Positions 1 to 14,322 of a stretch of 64,000 nucleotides of DNA are shown one piece after another. The DNA comes from Azolla caroliniana. Lineage: Eukaryota > Plantae > Polypodiophyta. Position numbers and translations under genes: made by a program. The DNA lies in NCBI GenBank assembly GCA_043228905.1, contig JBHGNT010000001.1, positions 34,782,001 to 34,846,000 of the forward strand, read 5' to 3'. Below the pieces are notes generated by a model, which ran no database searches, had not been told where the DNA came from, and worked only from the letters and a program-made list of their open reading frames with translations. Numbering within the stretch: the first letter of the stretch is position 1; each line of letters opens with the position of its first letter.

Positions 1-127
1 TTTTTTAGAACAATCTTTTCATTTTCAAGCCTTATTCTCACATTTTATGAAAATCTTTAAAATTCTGAAAAATTAGAATTTAAAATAATGAAATATTTTA
101 AATTTTTAAATTTGAATTTTGACCTAA

Positions 128-300
128 GTTGAAAACCGAAACCGAACCACAAAACTGCAATTTTAACGGTCTAATGGTTTAATGGTTTGAATTTTTTAAA
201 ACGGTTCGGTTTAATTGTTTTGTGGTTTGGTTCAAGTTTCAAAATTTTGAAACAAGTCAGTTTCAAACCGGTTCGGTTTTGACACTCTCAAACCGAACCA
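128..300. mobile_element. Probable terminal part of a non-autonomous DNA transposon (hAT/MITE-like, AAACCG-rich subterminal repeats)
   Basis: Clustered AAACCG/CGGTTT motifs in both orientations (aaaaccgaaaccgaacc, acggttcggttt, aaaccggttcggttttgacactct), as in plant hAT-type MITE ends. The other end and a TSD are not visible. Confidence 0.4.
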
Positions 301-336
301 TTGTTGATTGTTACTCGTTACCGTGGGAATATAGCA

Positions 337-993
337 CTAAAATGTAACCTTTTGAGGTGTAGAGAGCTCCCTGATTCTGAATTCTTGCCTCTCCATTTTA
401 TGTGGTGCAATACTTCTCTTCAAGGCTTTAAATGGACATCCTTTGATGTGCCTGCCAAGCTTTCCAAACATGACATCCCAATGGTTAGTGTCCCATGAGC
501 CAAATGACTTGATTTTCAAATTATCAAACATATTTGATAGCACTCTTGCCCAAGGCAATGTTTTTTCGGCAAATTTTGGCAGTAAAGTTTCTTTCCTAGC
601 CAACTTATGCAATTGCAAATTAAGTTTATTTACTCCTCCACACAGTCGTGGAGTGGATATCTTCACTTGTGATAAGAGGCGTACACCTCTGTGCAACTGC
701 TTAGAGCACCAAAAGTTTCTTATGATTTCTGAGTTAATCTTTTGTATCATGTGTTTCAGCCAATCAATCATAATTAAGTAATACTACATGTAAGCCATGA
801 ATATAGATTGCACTATCCTCAATCTGACATGGAGTGACCATGTTGCAATCTTCCAATAGCTTAGCTTTTCTCTCACTTTTTGCAGAACCCATTCAGCCTT
901 TCCTTTCCCTGTTTTATTCCAGCCCAATGGATAACCAAGTTGTCTAACCATTTCATTTGGGAGGTAGCTCATAATGGTAGTCCTCCCATGCAC
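337..993 (-). mobile_element. Truncated LINE (non-LTR retrotransposon) fragment, region C-terminal to RT
   Basis: ORFs 784-993 (QLGYPLGW..KAEWVLQKVREKLSYWK..SLHVRLRIVQSIF) and 337-771 (IQKINSEIIRNFW..W..P...GG...L..LARK..W) resemble the YLGxPL / L..WK / R.F.W / P..GGLG pattern of plant L1 ORF2. Broken by a stop. Lies in the intron of the THA8-like gene. Confidence 0.7.
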
Positions 994-2330
994 TCACACA
1001 TTAGAGCTTAGATGGGATCTGGACTAGTCAACTATAGAGTTAGTTGACACATCACAACAGCTGTGTAAGAGAAAGAAGGTGGATATTTATATTGTGTTTG
1101 GTCTTATTGTCACATTAATGTGCAAGTCAGTTGATAGTAGTGGGGCTATTCCTTTTCAATCATATGAGCTTCCCTAGATTCAACCTAGTGGTAGATAGTA
1201 GTACTTATCTTAACCTGCCAGTAGAGAATGTTCTTCTAGTTGACTAGACTAGTCTATCCCATTACACTACGTACCTCTTTCCTAAACACATTGTGTCCGA
1301 CCCATCGACGGTTTCCCACATTGACACCTCATTGACCCATATGGTTGGATTGTACTATAGCTACTTATCATTTGGGGTGCTATTCCAAATATGCAGTCTA
1401 AGAATACATGTGGTGATAAACTGACAACTTGGGGGCAATCATTGACTATATCTAACAACTATTACTGAGGCATCTTTGCTCTAATCTAGGTATTGACATT
1501 TGTTAGTGCTCAGTATGCCGCACAAATAATTGATTATAACATAGCGCTGCTCAACTAATAGTCTCCGCAAAGGATATAGGATCTTCATGAAAATTAAGAA
1601 GCAAGGCTTTCATGTCATTTTGAAGCCCATGCCAGAATTAACTTGTTAATGCTTATTCTTCATCCCAAGGAATATCACATGCAATAAGGCAGATTTTTGC
1701 CTCATAAACTTAGGCAAAACAATGTCCGTGTTGCAATCCTCGAATCTTATTGGCAACTTCCTCTCTAGCAATGGCACGAACCATGCTAGTACCTGTCAAT
1801 AAGGTTCCAACTTGAGTTGCAACAGTAGGACATCGGGAACTTGCCACTATTTTGGTATCATACACCTCCAAATGATGAACAAAACAAGGTTTGTGGCAAG
1901 ATCTATTGCAACTCTATACTCCAAAAACTACGATCACATCCGATGAGCCATTTCCCACATAGATGGCGTAGTACAAAGATCAGTTTTTTGAACTTCTCAC
2001 AGGTTGGATTGATAAAGAGACCAGGGTAAATGGACAGCTACATGCCCATAGGGCTTGCAAAGCAATAGGCCAACTAAGAGATTTCCCCACCAGCCAGAGA
2101 TTGAAGTTGGACAGGCTCTTCACATACCTACAGCCCAAAGACCATGCAAGTTATGTGAAGTAGAGTTTGCGTGCAGCTGCCCAACTTACAAGAACGTCAT
2201 AGTAAATGATTTAACTGTTGTCTTCATTTTTGGTAGTGTCACTACATAGTAAATGATTTAACTGCTGTTTATTCTATGACTATCTTTGTAGTCATTAAAT
2301 TTAACATGCCCTTGTTTGTGCTTCTGCCAG

Positions 2331-2699
2331 GTATTTGAAATAATCAGGAAAGAATATTGGTATCAGCCTGAGGAAGGTCTTTTTGCCGAAATGGTTGTTA
2401 CTTTGGCTCGGAACAATTTAATTGAGGAAGTTGAGAGAGTATATTCCTTGGCTAAAAGTGGGAATTTGAAGCCCATTACATGGTTGTCCACGGAGGTTAT
2501 CCGTGCACAAATAGGTGTAAAAAATATAACCAAATCTTTGGAGGTATATAATGAGCTGAAGGAGGGTGGTTTCTTTCCATGCGATACAGCATATGGTGTT
2601 TTGCGAGAAGGCTTAGAAAAAAATGGAGAAGTAGAGCTCGCGTCATTTATTGAACAAGAATATAAGAAAGCAATAGAAAAGGTTGCAGTGTCTAGTTGA
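2331..2699 (+). CDS. THA8: THYLAKOID ASSEMBLY 8-like short PPR protein, terminal exon (5' exon lies upstream of the window)
   Basis: Acceptor ttctgccag|GTA at 2330/2331. Translation VFEIIRKEYWYQP..LFAEMVVTLARNNLIEEV..G..P...AYGVLREGLEKNGEVELA matches the THA8 family hallmark VFxxIRKEYWYxP. Stop TGA at 2699. Confidence 0.85.
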   Translation, partial: VFEIIRKEYWYQPEEGLFAEMVVTLARNNLIEEVERVYSLAKSGNLKPITWLSTEVIRAQIGVKNITKSLEVYNELKEGGFFPCDTAYGVLREGLEKNGEVELASFIEQEYKKAIEKVAVSS

Positions 2700-5389
2700 A
2701 TAACCCTCTGGTTGCTTTTAACTGGATATGTAATTCTATTTGTGAAGGTTTAGGGAGTTATAGGGGAAGAGAAAATGTGTATACTACAAATCCAAATGTT
2801 AAAGCATCTTGCTGATTTGACATGGGAATTTTATATAATGATAGGCTTCTACAGCTGGAATATTGAGTCCAACATGAGGGTGACAAAAAGGTCTACTCTG
2901 CATTTTGAGTCTCATGTTTTTTTTTCATGAACAAGTTGTATGTCTACATTGGATGGTTTTTCCCGTTAAGTTTTGATTATAAACCATGGGAGCAAGGTGA
3001 TGATGCTGCCTTGAACCTTGAGGTGGGAGGTGACTTTGTAAGGCTGTTTTATTGAAATTTTCTCTAAGAGCCTACATAATTTGTGCATGTGATGTATTCA
3101 TTTAGTGACATAAAAGTTGGAAGCAATGCTTTCACAGTGTTTTAGAGTGGCATATCTTGTTAAGGTTTTGACCTGAGCATATTATTACTGTGTCCTAACC
3201 TAGGAATGCAATGTGCAAAATATATAGTACACTTTTTGCAGTTACGAACAAGTTAAACATTGTAGTAATGTGTGATAATGGTAGCATTCTACTATTTCCC
3301 AAGCAAAAGTTTGAAGGAAATTCTCTATACTTGTTCAGTACATGGTCAATACAAGATTTTGTTTACTCACATTGTTTCAAAGATAAATTTTTTATTTGAT
3401 TGTGCACCTTTATCATATAAATAGTTGTGTTTTATTTTGACTCTATGGTCCTCGTGGTATGTTAAACACTTCTAGGGTCTTCCTCTTACAACGTATGCAT
3501 TTGGTTTGCTTGATTTGTTATCCTTCACATATCATAAATTTACAAATAGTTTTAGTGACACTATGGTCTTCCTCATTTCTTGTGTGTGCATGTTTTATTG
3601 TTGTTATCAATAGATGTGACCTTGGATCAATAAAAGGTGTCAATTGTAGGAAACCTTGCAAATCACAGCTTTAATTAGTTGTCTACAGTAAATAATATGT
3701 AATGCATTTTATTGGTATGGCTAGAACGTTGGGGCATTATTATTGCTAACTCTTTTAGAATAGAAATCAGCCTGCAAATGCATAATTTTATCCATAAAAG
3801 AGATACATTAGGAACACTCTAACCTAATGCTGTACAAAAAATTGAGTAGAAAATTAAGCACATGGATGTGAAAAGATGGAAATTTATTGTGTTATGTGTT
3901 CTATGGTAAGAGGCATTGCTATGAAGAGAATGGCTACTTGTGGCTATTGCCATCCATAAGTGAGAGATGATCTACTCACACCACTTCATTCCTCTTTGAT
4001 TAAAGTAGCATCATCATCATTAGTGATTGGGTCCATTTTGAAAACGACTATTGAAAACCTAATCATTGTGTAGGGGTGAAATTTATGCATCAAAACGTGG
4101 AGGTTGGCAATCCAAATCTCAAAAATGGGTAAAATATTGTGATTTTTATAACTTATAACCAGACTTCAAAATTTTAGCTTGGGGGTAAAAGCTTTGTTCT
4201 AAGTTTGTTGCACTCAACGGGGGTTGGAAGGGCCCATTAGATTCACATGCTTGGAAGTTGGGACAACCAAATACTTTTTGTCTTGATTAATTATTATTAG
4301 CCCAAGCATATTTTCATGAAAAGCTTTGTTTTCCTTTAGATACGAAGAACCTCTAGATAGATAAGAGTCATGGGGGATTCGAGTGAAGTATGAGACCCAC
4401 TAGATATAATTATAAAGTTAAGTGCAATGCTAGTTCCACAAAAGAATGTCAAGGGCTAGGACAAAGGGACAAAAAAAGAACATGAAGCCCCAAACATACA
4501 AAGGTTTCCTTAAGCTTCAAACGCATGTTCCCCACTGAGACCTTGGGAAAACCTACAAGCAACAAAAGCACCTTGTGTGCGAGGGATTATATATGGGTAA
4601 ATAACGACATAGGCCTTGGTAGTTGCAAAATCGCCGGAAAGACAAATCAATGGGGTGTTGCCCCCCCCCCCCCCCCCCGCCCCCTCCCCAATCACCACAT
4701 CCTTAGAGCTTTTTATCAATTACATCAAGGATCCACCACATGTGCTAAGGACAAATTGTGGCCGATGTCAGTCATGTCACAATTGTACGAAGAACATACC
4801 TAATGATGGGTAACAGTTCGTTGGTCGGCTTTTGGATTGTATCCTTCACGATCCATTGCAATTTGCCACTCATCCCATGTAAACCTTAATTCTCTCTCTC
4901 TCTCTCTCTCTCTCACTCCCCAAAAAAAAAAAAAGAGAAAATCATTTTGCGCGTGCCATCATATGAGCACACTAAAATTCAAAAAATTAAAATAAAAGTA
5001 ATAAACAATAATAATGATTAATATTCTGAGTTGTTCTTGTTATATTGTATATAATTCAACTGACACGTGTGCAAGCAGACCAGCGGACAAAAGCTTACTG
5101 TATTGCAAACAGTCTTGTCGGACAACCGGCTATTGCAGGTAAAACAGAATTTCATGATTTTGATCGAATCATGTCTTTCTTTCTTTTCCATTTTTGTTTT
5201 ACTTCTTAAAATAAGCCCCTCTTCACATGCCCTATGTCTAGACAAACACACTAAAAAGTGCTTTCCATTGGTCTCTAGGTTCCTTTGCTTATTTAATATT
5301 TCCTTTGGGGGTCTTACAGTATGATTATGCCACTCATGGACGAGACGCAGAGAGGAGAGAGAGAGAGAGAGAGAGAATGTGTGTGTGAG

Positions 5390-5422
<33 letters not shown>

Positions 5423-8383
5423 TATTGACTGAATATTGTATGGCAAATGGGGGTTCTCCATGCCCTTTGCGAGAATCGAACTTGGGCTCTCTCAATTTTT
5501 GGACATTTATTATGCATGTAAAGTTGGATGAGCCTTCAGCGACATGTTTGTTTGTTTCCATGAGAGGTCCCAAGTGGTACTAGTAGATAACACTTTCTAA
5601 TAAGGTGTCTTTTCTTGTAAGTAGCATCAGTAATGTTTATTTCATTGATGGACTTTGACATTGCTGAATTGAAGTTGCATACAGTACATTTTTGTTACTC
5701 TCTATAATATAAGAATGTTTTTTACACAATGGCAAATCAATACAGTCTTTCATTATTCATCAAATATTTTCAGTCTATGAGGCTTTGAATTGTTAAATCT
5801 AAAGAATTTTTTTATATTAGCTTTACTTGAGAGGCCTTTATCATGAAAGTTCATTGCATAATTTCACACTATGCCCTTATTTTCCATGATGTTATATATG
5901 CTACTCGAGCAAAGCGTATAGTAGTGGCTCCATTATGATGTATTCATATAAGATGTTAAGACAATTGAACAATAATGCATGTTGTGTTCTTAAAGGATCA
6001 TGATATATGCATACATGTGGGCATTGTTTCTTCCTATGATTTCTAGCAAACCAAAGAACATGGTCATACACCTTTTCATAATTACTAATCCTACTCATAT
6101 TATGGTAGGGCATTAAAGTTTGGTTTTTACATTCCAGTGCTAAAAAGCTCATATCACTCCAACATATCGTCATAGAAGCACTCATTTAGTCTATACTGAA
6201 CTTTCCTTGCTCATATCAATATGAAAGAATGCCAGGAAGATGTATTTGAGTACATCATGACACAAAAGTTACGTTGTTAGTACCAATGTATCTAAGAGGA
6301 GCCATATTATGTTCCATAAATCATTTTTGCAAGTTAATTGATTTGATATTCAATAATGTTTCGAAGTTGATACTAGTGATTTTGATTTTTTTTTCACATC
6401 GAAGTTGATGCCACGATCAATATTATCCTCAAATCATGACATTCATCCACAAACTTTTAGTGTTGTAATATGTGAGGATCTCAAACTTTTTGAGCTACAA
6501 AGTTAGTTTGTTCATAGTCTCTCAAATAGATGCAACAGTTTCCAATGCAATTTCCTAAAAGAAATGTTGAAACACTGATAGATTAGAAGAGTTCAAAGTG
6601 AATATCTGGAATCAAACAAGTGTTTATCAGTGAATGAGAAACTTTGGATCCTCAACACAACTCATCCAACCATCTAATAAACATTGAAAGAACCATAGGT
6701 GTATGACTTATTGTCTTTAGTTGGGCACCACTACACCCAAGGTTCTCACGTAGTGAAAGGCAATTTAATGAGCACACTGTTATCATGGGATTTTCTAGAT
6801 ATATACTCTTTTCACACTTCCATCACACTAATTTTTACAGCTTTAATCTTCATTGGTGCTCATGAGCCATGCATTGTGCAATGAAACACATGAAGTCCCT
6901 CCTAGAGCTTGGTGCTTTCGAATATTATATGTTGGTTCTTTCCAACCATTCGTTACCATGTACCATACCTATGGATAGTTTAATCATTATGGTTCAACAT
7001 GATAATAGAAACTGTGACGATTTCTTGTATCAACATGTGTTTATGATTCCGTTACCAGAGTATATGCATTTAGTGATCATTTCTGTGTTCGTTTATGTTT
7101 AACCCTAATCAAGATTATGTTGTAAGCTATATTACAAGCTCCGACAGTCAAGGAAAATGCAATCTCATTTTATTAAAGACTATCAAATTTTTTAACTTCC
7201 CAATTGGAAACATTCATAAAAGAACATGCTTGACATCAATATATATGTACTAAATTCCTGTAAATGTGTGCCATTTCTCATAATTCCCCATCATTCTGTG
7301 TATGAAAAGCACATAAGGGAAATTTAATTGCAAGTTGTGAAGCCTCAAACTTCGTAATAGGAATTTGTGGATCATGGAGGAAGTATGTATATTATGTAAT
7401 TTCATTGCAAGTCTATTTCTTTTTATCTAGTAAAACCTTTTGTTGGTTGATAATTTAAAGCTTATCTAATCTCTATGGAAATTGTTTATGTTGTACCTTT
7501 TCAGAGAAGGGACTATTTTCGATGCATATGTTGTTAGTGTAAGTACACTTCCTAGTGTTTCAATTTCAAATATTCCTTCCTTATTTATGGATAGTTGCAC
7601 ACTATAATGTATATGCATCACAATGGACAAGGGTCTGTATTGCTCATGATGTTGTACATGTTAATGCCAAGCATGATGAGAATACCCCAAAATGTACATC
7701 CAGCACGGTATCGAGACTTTGAAAGCATTTGTTGAATATACTAATTCCTATTCACATTTATTTTTCCAATCAAAACAACATTCTATGAATCTATGAAAGT
7801 TTTTTGGGTGATTTGGTTACAAACATAGTAAAGTTGTTCAAAGTCATATTGCGAATAAGGGAGAGTTTTCTAGTGCTAAAGCTTTTGTGAGTGATATTGT
7901 TTGTCACAAATGGTACATTTTCAAAGGGATGGCATGCGTGAACACATAAGATTTTGTAGAATGCTTTTCTAGATGAATGTACAATTGCCACAAAGAGCTC
8001 ACTAGAACAAAACTCGTGAGACTATCACCCTACACTAATACACCTTCGATCACATTTGCACTTGCCTATTCTAGCAAGTGTGCACTCAAATCGCACATCG
8101 AATAGTCAAAATTCTTGACTGCAATTCACTCTGGTCACAAAAGGTCAGATTTTGGGGATTAAAAGGAAGTAGGAAAGGATATATTCCAGGAATTAGAAGA
8201 AAACAAGAAGTGAGGGGTAGTGTGGGGATTTTGAGAAGGCAAAGAGGAGGGGTGATTAAAAATAAAGTGGATTGTGCATGTTTTATGAGATATTTGTTGT
8301 TAATATTATGATGGGATCTAAGAAAAAGCTAGGCCTATTGCAAGTAGGTGCTTACCAAATTTCACATTAATGTGGGCACAAGC

Positions 8384-8500
8384 AATGATGATGGTGATGA
8401 TGGTGATGGTGATGATGAAGCCCACAAAAGAAGAAGAAGAAGAGGAAGAGGAAGAAGGGAAGAAGAAGAAGAAGAAAAGGCGAGAAAAAGAAGAAGATGA
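8384..8500. repeat. Compound (GAT/GGT)n and (GAA)n microsatellite
   Basis: atgatgatggtgatgatggtg... followed by gaagaagaagaagaggaagagg...; explains the spurious low-complexity ORFs at 8318-8615. Confidence 0.9.
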
Positions 8501-8674
8501 TAGAGATAACATGTGGGCTAGTTGTGTGTGTGTCTCCCTTCCTCTTCACTACACCATCAATGGTGGTGGGAGAGGTCCACACACACACATATACACACAT
8601 TCTCTCTATGTGTAAGCATAAATATCTCCCTTACAAAGTTTGGTAGCCTCTCCTAATCATGGAAAATACATCAT

Positions 8675-8722
<48 letters not shown>

Positions 8723-8816
8723 GTATCACCCATTCAAAACCATAGCCAACCTATTTGTGTTTTTTCTTCTCGGTACTCCTTAATACCTATGTGTCTCGTT
8801 TGTTTGTTCATAACAA

Positions 8817-9120
8817 GACAATAATAAACTCTATCTATCTATCTATGTGAGTTTTGAGGGGTGCTCTCCCACAGCCTCGTTCCTACATTCATCCATTCGA
8901 GGACAAAAATAAAATCTATCTATTTGCATTAGTTTTTTTGGGGGAGACTCTCTTTGCCTTCTTTGCCTCATTCCTCCATTCACTTGAGGACGATCAAAAA
9001 ATCTATCTATTCACATGAATTCTTGTGGGTATTCTCTCTCTCTCTCCCTCTCTCTCTCTCTTGTCTCATTCATTCATTTGTTGACACGACAACAATAAAA
9101 TCTATCTATATATTTGTGTG
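8817..9120. repeat. Degenerate ~85-100 bp tandem repeat (4 copies) upstream of the NAC gene
   Basis: Core gac(a/g)a..aaaa(a)tctatctat recurs at about 8817, 8902, 8989 and 9089; the first three are followed by ..ttttg..gggg..ctctc. Confidence 0.65.
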
Positions 9121-9825
9121 TGTTTGTTTTGTGGATTTGTGTCTCATTTGTTTGTTTGTTTGTTTGTTCATTCATTCAAATATGAACAAGAATGAAATTT
9201 ATCTATGTGCTTAATATTCATTGGTAACGACGACTACATTACCAACTCTTTGTGCCCATTGGTAACAAGGCTATATGTATTTGGATCATAGTCATTTAGC
9301 AAAATTATATTCTATCTCTCAATATATATATATATATATACAACAGACGCATCATAATGTATGGTAATTGAAGGAGCCTAAGTCATAATACATACTTGTT
9401 AGATCCTCATTTATTGAGATTCAATATTCTTTGGCACTTGTGCCTTAAAAGAAGTAGGGGACAAATATTAGAATCTTGGATCTTAGAAGATGAATGTTAA
9501 TCCTTTTCCAGAAGACCTTATATATAAGAAAGTGTTTTCCTTTTTCTCCTTGAACTTTTTTGGTTGCAAAAAAACCACAATCTTTGCATACATACACACA
9601 TATAGCTATTAACATTCTTTGTGTACAACTTGTTTGATCAACCTAGAGACATTATTCCAAGAAATTTTGGAGGGCATTTGTAACTCGATTTCCGGCTGCC
9701 TCATGATTAAGTGCGATCTTTGACGACGCCAATGTGAAACCTTTGACCTTTGAAGACAAGAAGACATCTCGCCGGAATCATTGACTACGGACCAGACGGG
9801 GACCAATTTCGATTCGTTTGGAGTG

Positions 9826-11790
9826 ATGAGCAACACCACAGAGACACAGGTTCCTCCCGGATTCCGATTCCATCCGACCGACGAGGAGCTCGTGGATTAC
9901 TACCTCAAGAAGAAAGTTGAGTCGCAAAGAATTGATCTCGATGTTATCCGAGAGATCGACCTCTACAAAATCGAGCCATGGGACCTCCAAGGTAAGGACA
10001 CACATTTGGAGAGATTGATCTCAAATGAAATGTGTTTATGGTGCCACATTGATTGATGTGACTTAGAAAATGATTTAAGCCTAGTATAATAGAAGATGAT
10101 GACCAGGGTACGAACAACTCGAAAGTCGTTCATTCGAAACTTGTTAGTCTTGCTGGTGGGTGTCGATCTAACTACAATATTGTGGGCATTTCGCTAAACT
10201 CGGAAATGTTTGTTTGTGTAATGGTGCCTAGAGAAATGCCCTAATGTTGGATCGACAGATCAAGACGAGTGGTATTTCTTCAGCCACAAGGACAAGAAGT
10301 ACCCGACGGGGACGAGGACGAATCGGGCGACAACGGCCGGGTTTTGGAAAGCGACCGGGAGAGACAAGGCCATCTATAGCAACCAGAAGGTTCTGGTGGG
10401 CATGCGAAAGACTCTAGTCTTCTACTGCGGCCGGGCGCCCAATGGACAAAAGACGGATTGGATAATGCACGAATACAGGCTCGAGTCGGGTACCGAACAA
10501 CAATTCAGCAATAGCATGCTCGCAACCTCCCCGATCAACGGGGGTGCGCAATATTCAAGCGTAAGTGCACTTCTTCGAAACTATATCCCGGCATGGAAAG
10601 AGCAATTCAATGACTTATGAAGCATATGATGCATAATTTAGTATGTTTTTGTGCTCTACTAGCATGCAAAGAATGTCTTTTGGTATGGAAGCTCTATCAT
10701 GTAAGAAGCTAATGATTCCAGCATTGTGCATTGGCATGTAGTGTGTTGTGTGTTGTGTATGTCTTATCATGGAATGGCATGGTCCCTAATGGCTGCACAC
10801 TCATGAGCCTCCAAGCATTTTCAACAGTTCCATACTTGGCACTATATATTTGTGCTTTTAGCATGCAATCAATGTCTTGATGTTATTCTTGATCCATCTA
10901 TATCCCAGGAAGAAGGGTGGGCAGTCTGCCATGTTTTCAAGAAACGCAGCCCTAGCTACACATGTGGCGGTGGCGGCGCATCCGCATCAATGCAGGCGAA
11001 TAACTACAATTCTCTGCTACATGATCATCATGCAACATCATCCCCAGCCTCTATGATGAACAATACTAGTAGCTCTTACTATACTTCAGCTTCGCGCTCA
11101 TTCGTCTTCGATGAATTGGAGCCCATAATCAATCCCGGTGCCAATGGCCATAGCAATTTCGGGCTCGGTGGTGGCGGGGGCGATGCACATTCGGGGCCTT
11201 TGAGCCACATGAACTACCTGGATCTAGTGGCCGGGGGGTCCATACCCCCCACATGTGGTACCGTGGGACCGATAGAGCCCAATGACGGAGTGGCCGACGG
11301 ATCGGATGATGCCGTGGCCGATGGCGGAAACCCAAGTAGCCATCGGATGATAAGCACATTGAATACGATGCAAGGCGCATTCGATTTCCACCATCCGCTA
11401 TTCACGAGCGCGGGTGGAGCATATGGGAATGTGAAGGAGGAGGATTTGTATTACAATTACAATCACCATCAACTTGTATCTAGTGTGGGGCACCACTTGC
11501 CCCCATTGATAGAGACCAACAACACTACTACCAATACTGCTACTACTACAACAACTAGTAGTTGTAGTGCTGGTGGTAGTGGCTATTGTCCTAGTAGTAA
11601 AGCCAATAATGGAATTACTAGCAATAATACCATGGTCAATACCAACGGTGCCAACACCAGCATTAGCCATATTGGTAGTATATTGAATGATCATGTGTTA
11701 TGCAACCCCACCACTAGTGGTAGTAGTCATCAGTTGCATGAAAACAACAATAATATAGACCTCATCTGGAGCTTTGCAAAACACACATGA
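9826..11790 (+). CDS. NAC-domain transcription factor, VNS (VND/NST/SMB) clade
   Basis: Exons 9826-9991, 10232-10560 and 10909-11790 with GT-AG junctions. Motifs: [116 protein letters not shown] and C-terminal IDLIWSF. Confidence 0.95.
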
Positions 11791-12648
11791 CCTACTCTGG
11801 ATATACATACTCTCTTAATGCGAGCGCATTCATTGCATCCATGCATTCACCACCCCATATTGCCTTGCTCTCTTCCTTTTTGAAGTACCCAACATTTCCT
11901 TCCACACCTTTCAACTCTTAACAATACCCACTTCTTTTACCTCCGTGCATTTCTTTCCTTCATGTTTACAAATAACACATTGACTACTCATTTATGTTCC
12001 ATACATTTACAATACTATATATAACGTCGTCTGTGTGTGTATCTGTGTCTCCTCCATCCAATATACATGACACATTATGTGTGTCAAAAAAACGAAAATA
12101 TATATATATATGACATTTAAGTGAGTATGCCCACATTTCCTATGGCCCCTTGATTACCCAACTTCACATCGTCGCTTTTACAGTTGCATGTAAATTGGGT
12201 CCAAGCAAAAGCTACATCATACATCATGCTTCCTAATCTTTTCTGCGGTTGGTTCCTTTCTTTCAAATATCATAACATTACCCTTTCATTATGCCCCTTC
12301 ATATACAATAATAAGAAGTGTTTCCGTTGACTCGACCAAACCACCAACAATGTTAATGGATTGTATTACACCGATAACTATATAAACTATTTGATGTCAA
12401 GTGGTAGCAATGCTATAGCTTGTTGTTCAATGACATACATACTTGATGTATATATACATAAACCCGATGGTTGAATCAATCTAGTTACATACTTTGGTTT
12501 GGCTATATTAAATTATCATTTCATGTATCATGATTATTATAATGAAGGCAAAGAACCATATTATTTGATCTTAAACATTGATGACATCTAATGCATGTAC
12601 ATGACATCTTTACGGAACTCAACTTGATATTTGATGTGTCTACATTTC

Positions 12649-12650
<2 letters not shown>

Positions 12651-12699
<49 letters not shown>

Positions 12700-12871
12700 C
12701 AATTATAATTTTATTAATTTCCATATATATTTCATGATGCCGGTGTGTGTGTGTGTGTGTGTCCCCAATTATAATATTATTAATTTCCATATATATTTCA
12801 TGATGCCAGTGTGTGTGTGTGTGTGTCCCCAATCATAATTTTATTAATTTCCATATATATTTCATGATGCC
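12651..12871. repeat. Three tandem copies of (GT)n plus a ~47 bp unit
   Basis: gtccccaattataattttattaatttccatatatatttcatgatgcc at about 12695, 12761 and 12825, each preceded by a GT tract. Confidence 0.95.
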
Positions 12872-14322
12872 ATGGCCCACAAAGCTCAAGACAACGTTCA
12901 TGTCTCTAGACTCTAGCGATAGTATTTAGGAGTGCAATATCAAAATATACAATAAGATTAGGCAACTTTAAAGACACATCAAAGACAACCAATGAGGCTT
13001 GCAAGTCTAAAGCAGGATTCCAATTTACGCAAACGCCATTGATCAATTAATGAGTTCCTCAACACATTGTAAATTGATAAACAAATTCCTACATCCATGA
13101 GGCAAAATTTGTACCGCCACGCTCTCATCGAGATCATTAGTATGTTAGGTTTTGTTTACAAATATATAAATATACGTAGAGTAAACAAATGCCTACATAA
13201 AATGAGAAATTTGAGCATTTACACAATCTTTAGGCAAAAGAAATATAGATAACGTGGAAGCCAAATTTCAATCAGTATCTAAAACGAACATTTAATATTA
13301 AAGCATTAACCTTTCAACATGTTTTGGACTTATTGTTTCGCAAATTTGTGTTATTAGTCCTACTTTCATTTTAAATAGGACTCTTGGCATGTGTCTATCT
13401 CTAAATTGTGCACACCAACTTGACATGCCGTACAACCATAACAATAGCAATTTTACTACATACTGAATTATGCACATTGTGAGATAACTCCCCCATGTGG
13501 CATTATTTCCATGTACAAAAAGTTTGGGATGAAGTTCCATATTTAAAGATTTTGTCATGCATAAAGAAACTTCTACACTCCAACATTGCTGGTTTTCATT
13601 TCATATAATCAAAAGTTGCTCTCTAACCAAGTCCGCATGAAGACACACAACTGAAATATATTTGTAGCTAAAGACTACAACTTACTGTTTTGGGAACCAT
13701 TCCAAAACTAAGGCTCATATTTTCTTTTTAACAGAGGTCATCAAAGGTTTTCTTGATATGCTTGGTCTGATTTTTAACATCCACGTCATCCATTCAATTG
13801 CGGGGGATTATTACAGTATGGATGACACATTTTTCCAGCTTAAAGACGAGGACATTATGACAAAATTCAAACAGTTGGATGGATTAATTAAGCATTATGT
13901 AAGAAAGTATAAAAAGAACAGTGCAAAACACATAGACACATACATCACATCAGTATCCTCAATGCCTGCTAAATCGCATAAAGTACCAGAATAATGACAG
14001 ATATTACCAAAATAGTAGCCAAACTTATACAAGCAAACAAACTCCTTCCAGGAAATGTCTTTTATACCTGCTCTTGAATCTTTTACATACAAATTGCCTA
14101 CAAGTGTTCACATATTTAGCATTTGCATCCCCTTCCCAAAGGAATGTTCTAATTCTTCAACATTTTCGTTTCTTAATCATCCACCCACTCAATGAGATAC
14201 ATAATAGTGCTGCTTTTTGCTGAAATCACAAAAACAAATTTGTTAATCTTAACAATCTTAGAGAATGAAGTCGAAAAATAAGAGAATCCCATAACAGTTT
14301 TACCATATCATGTGCATTAGCT

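Noticed and set aside
4661-4690. Poly-C tract and Pro-rich ORFs
   Set aside because: Homopolymer, possibly of uncertain length in the assembly; the ORFs are incidental.
5900-7100. Possible decayed hAT transposase remnant
   Set aside because: Only vague similarity, with no convincing motif or TIR.
8318-8615. Poly-His/Glu/Ser ORFs
   Set aside because: Translations of microsatellites.
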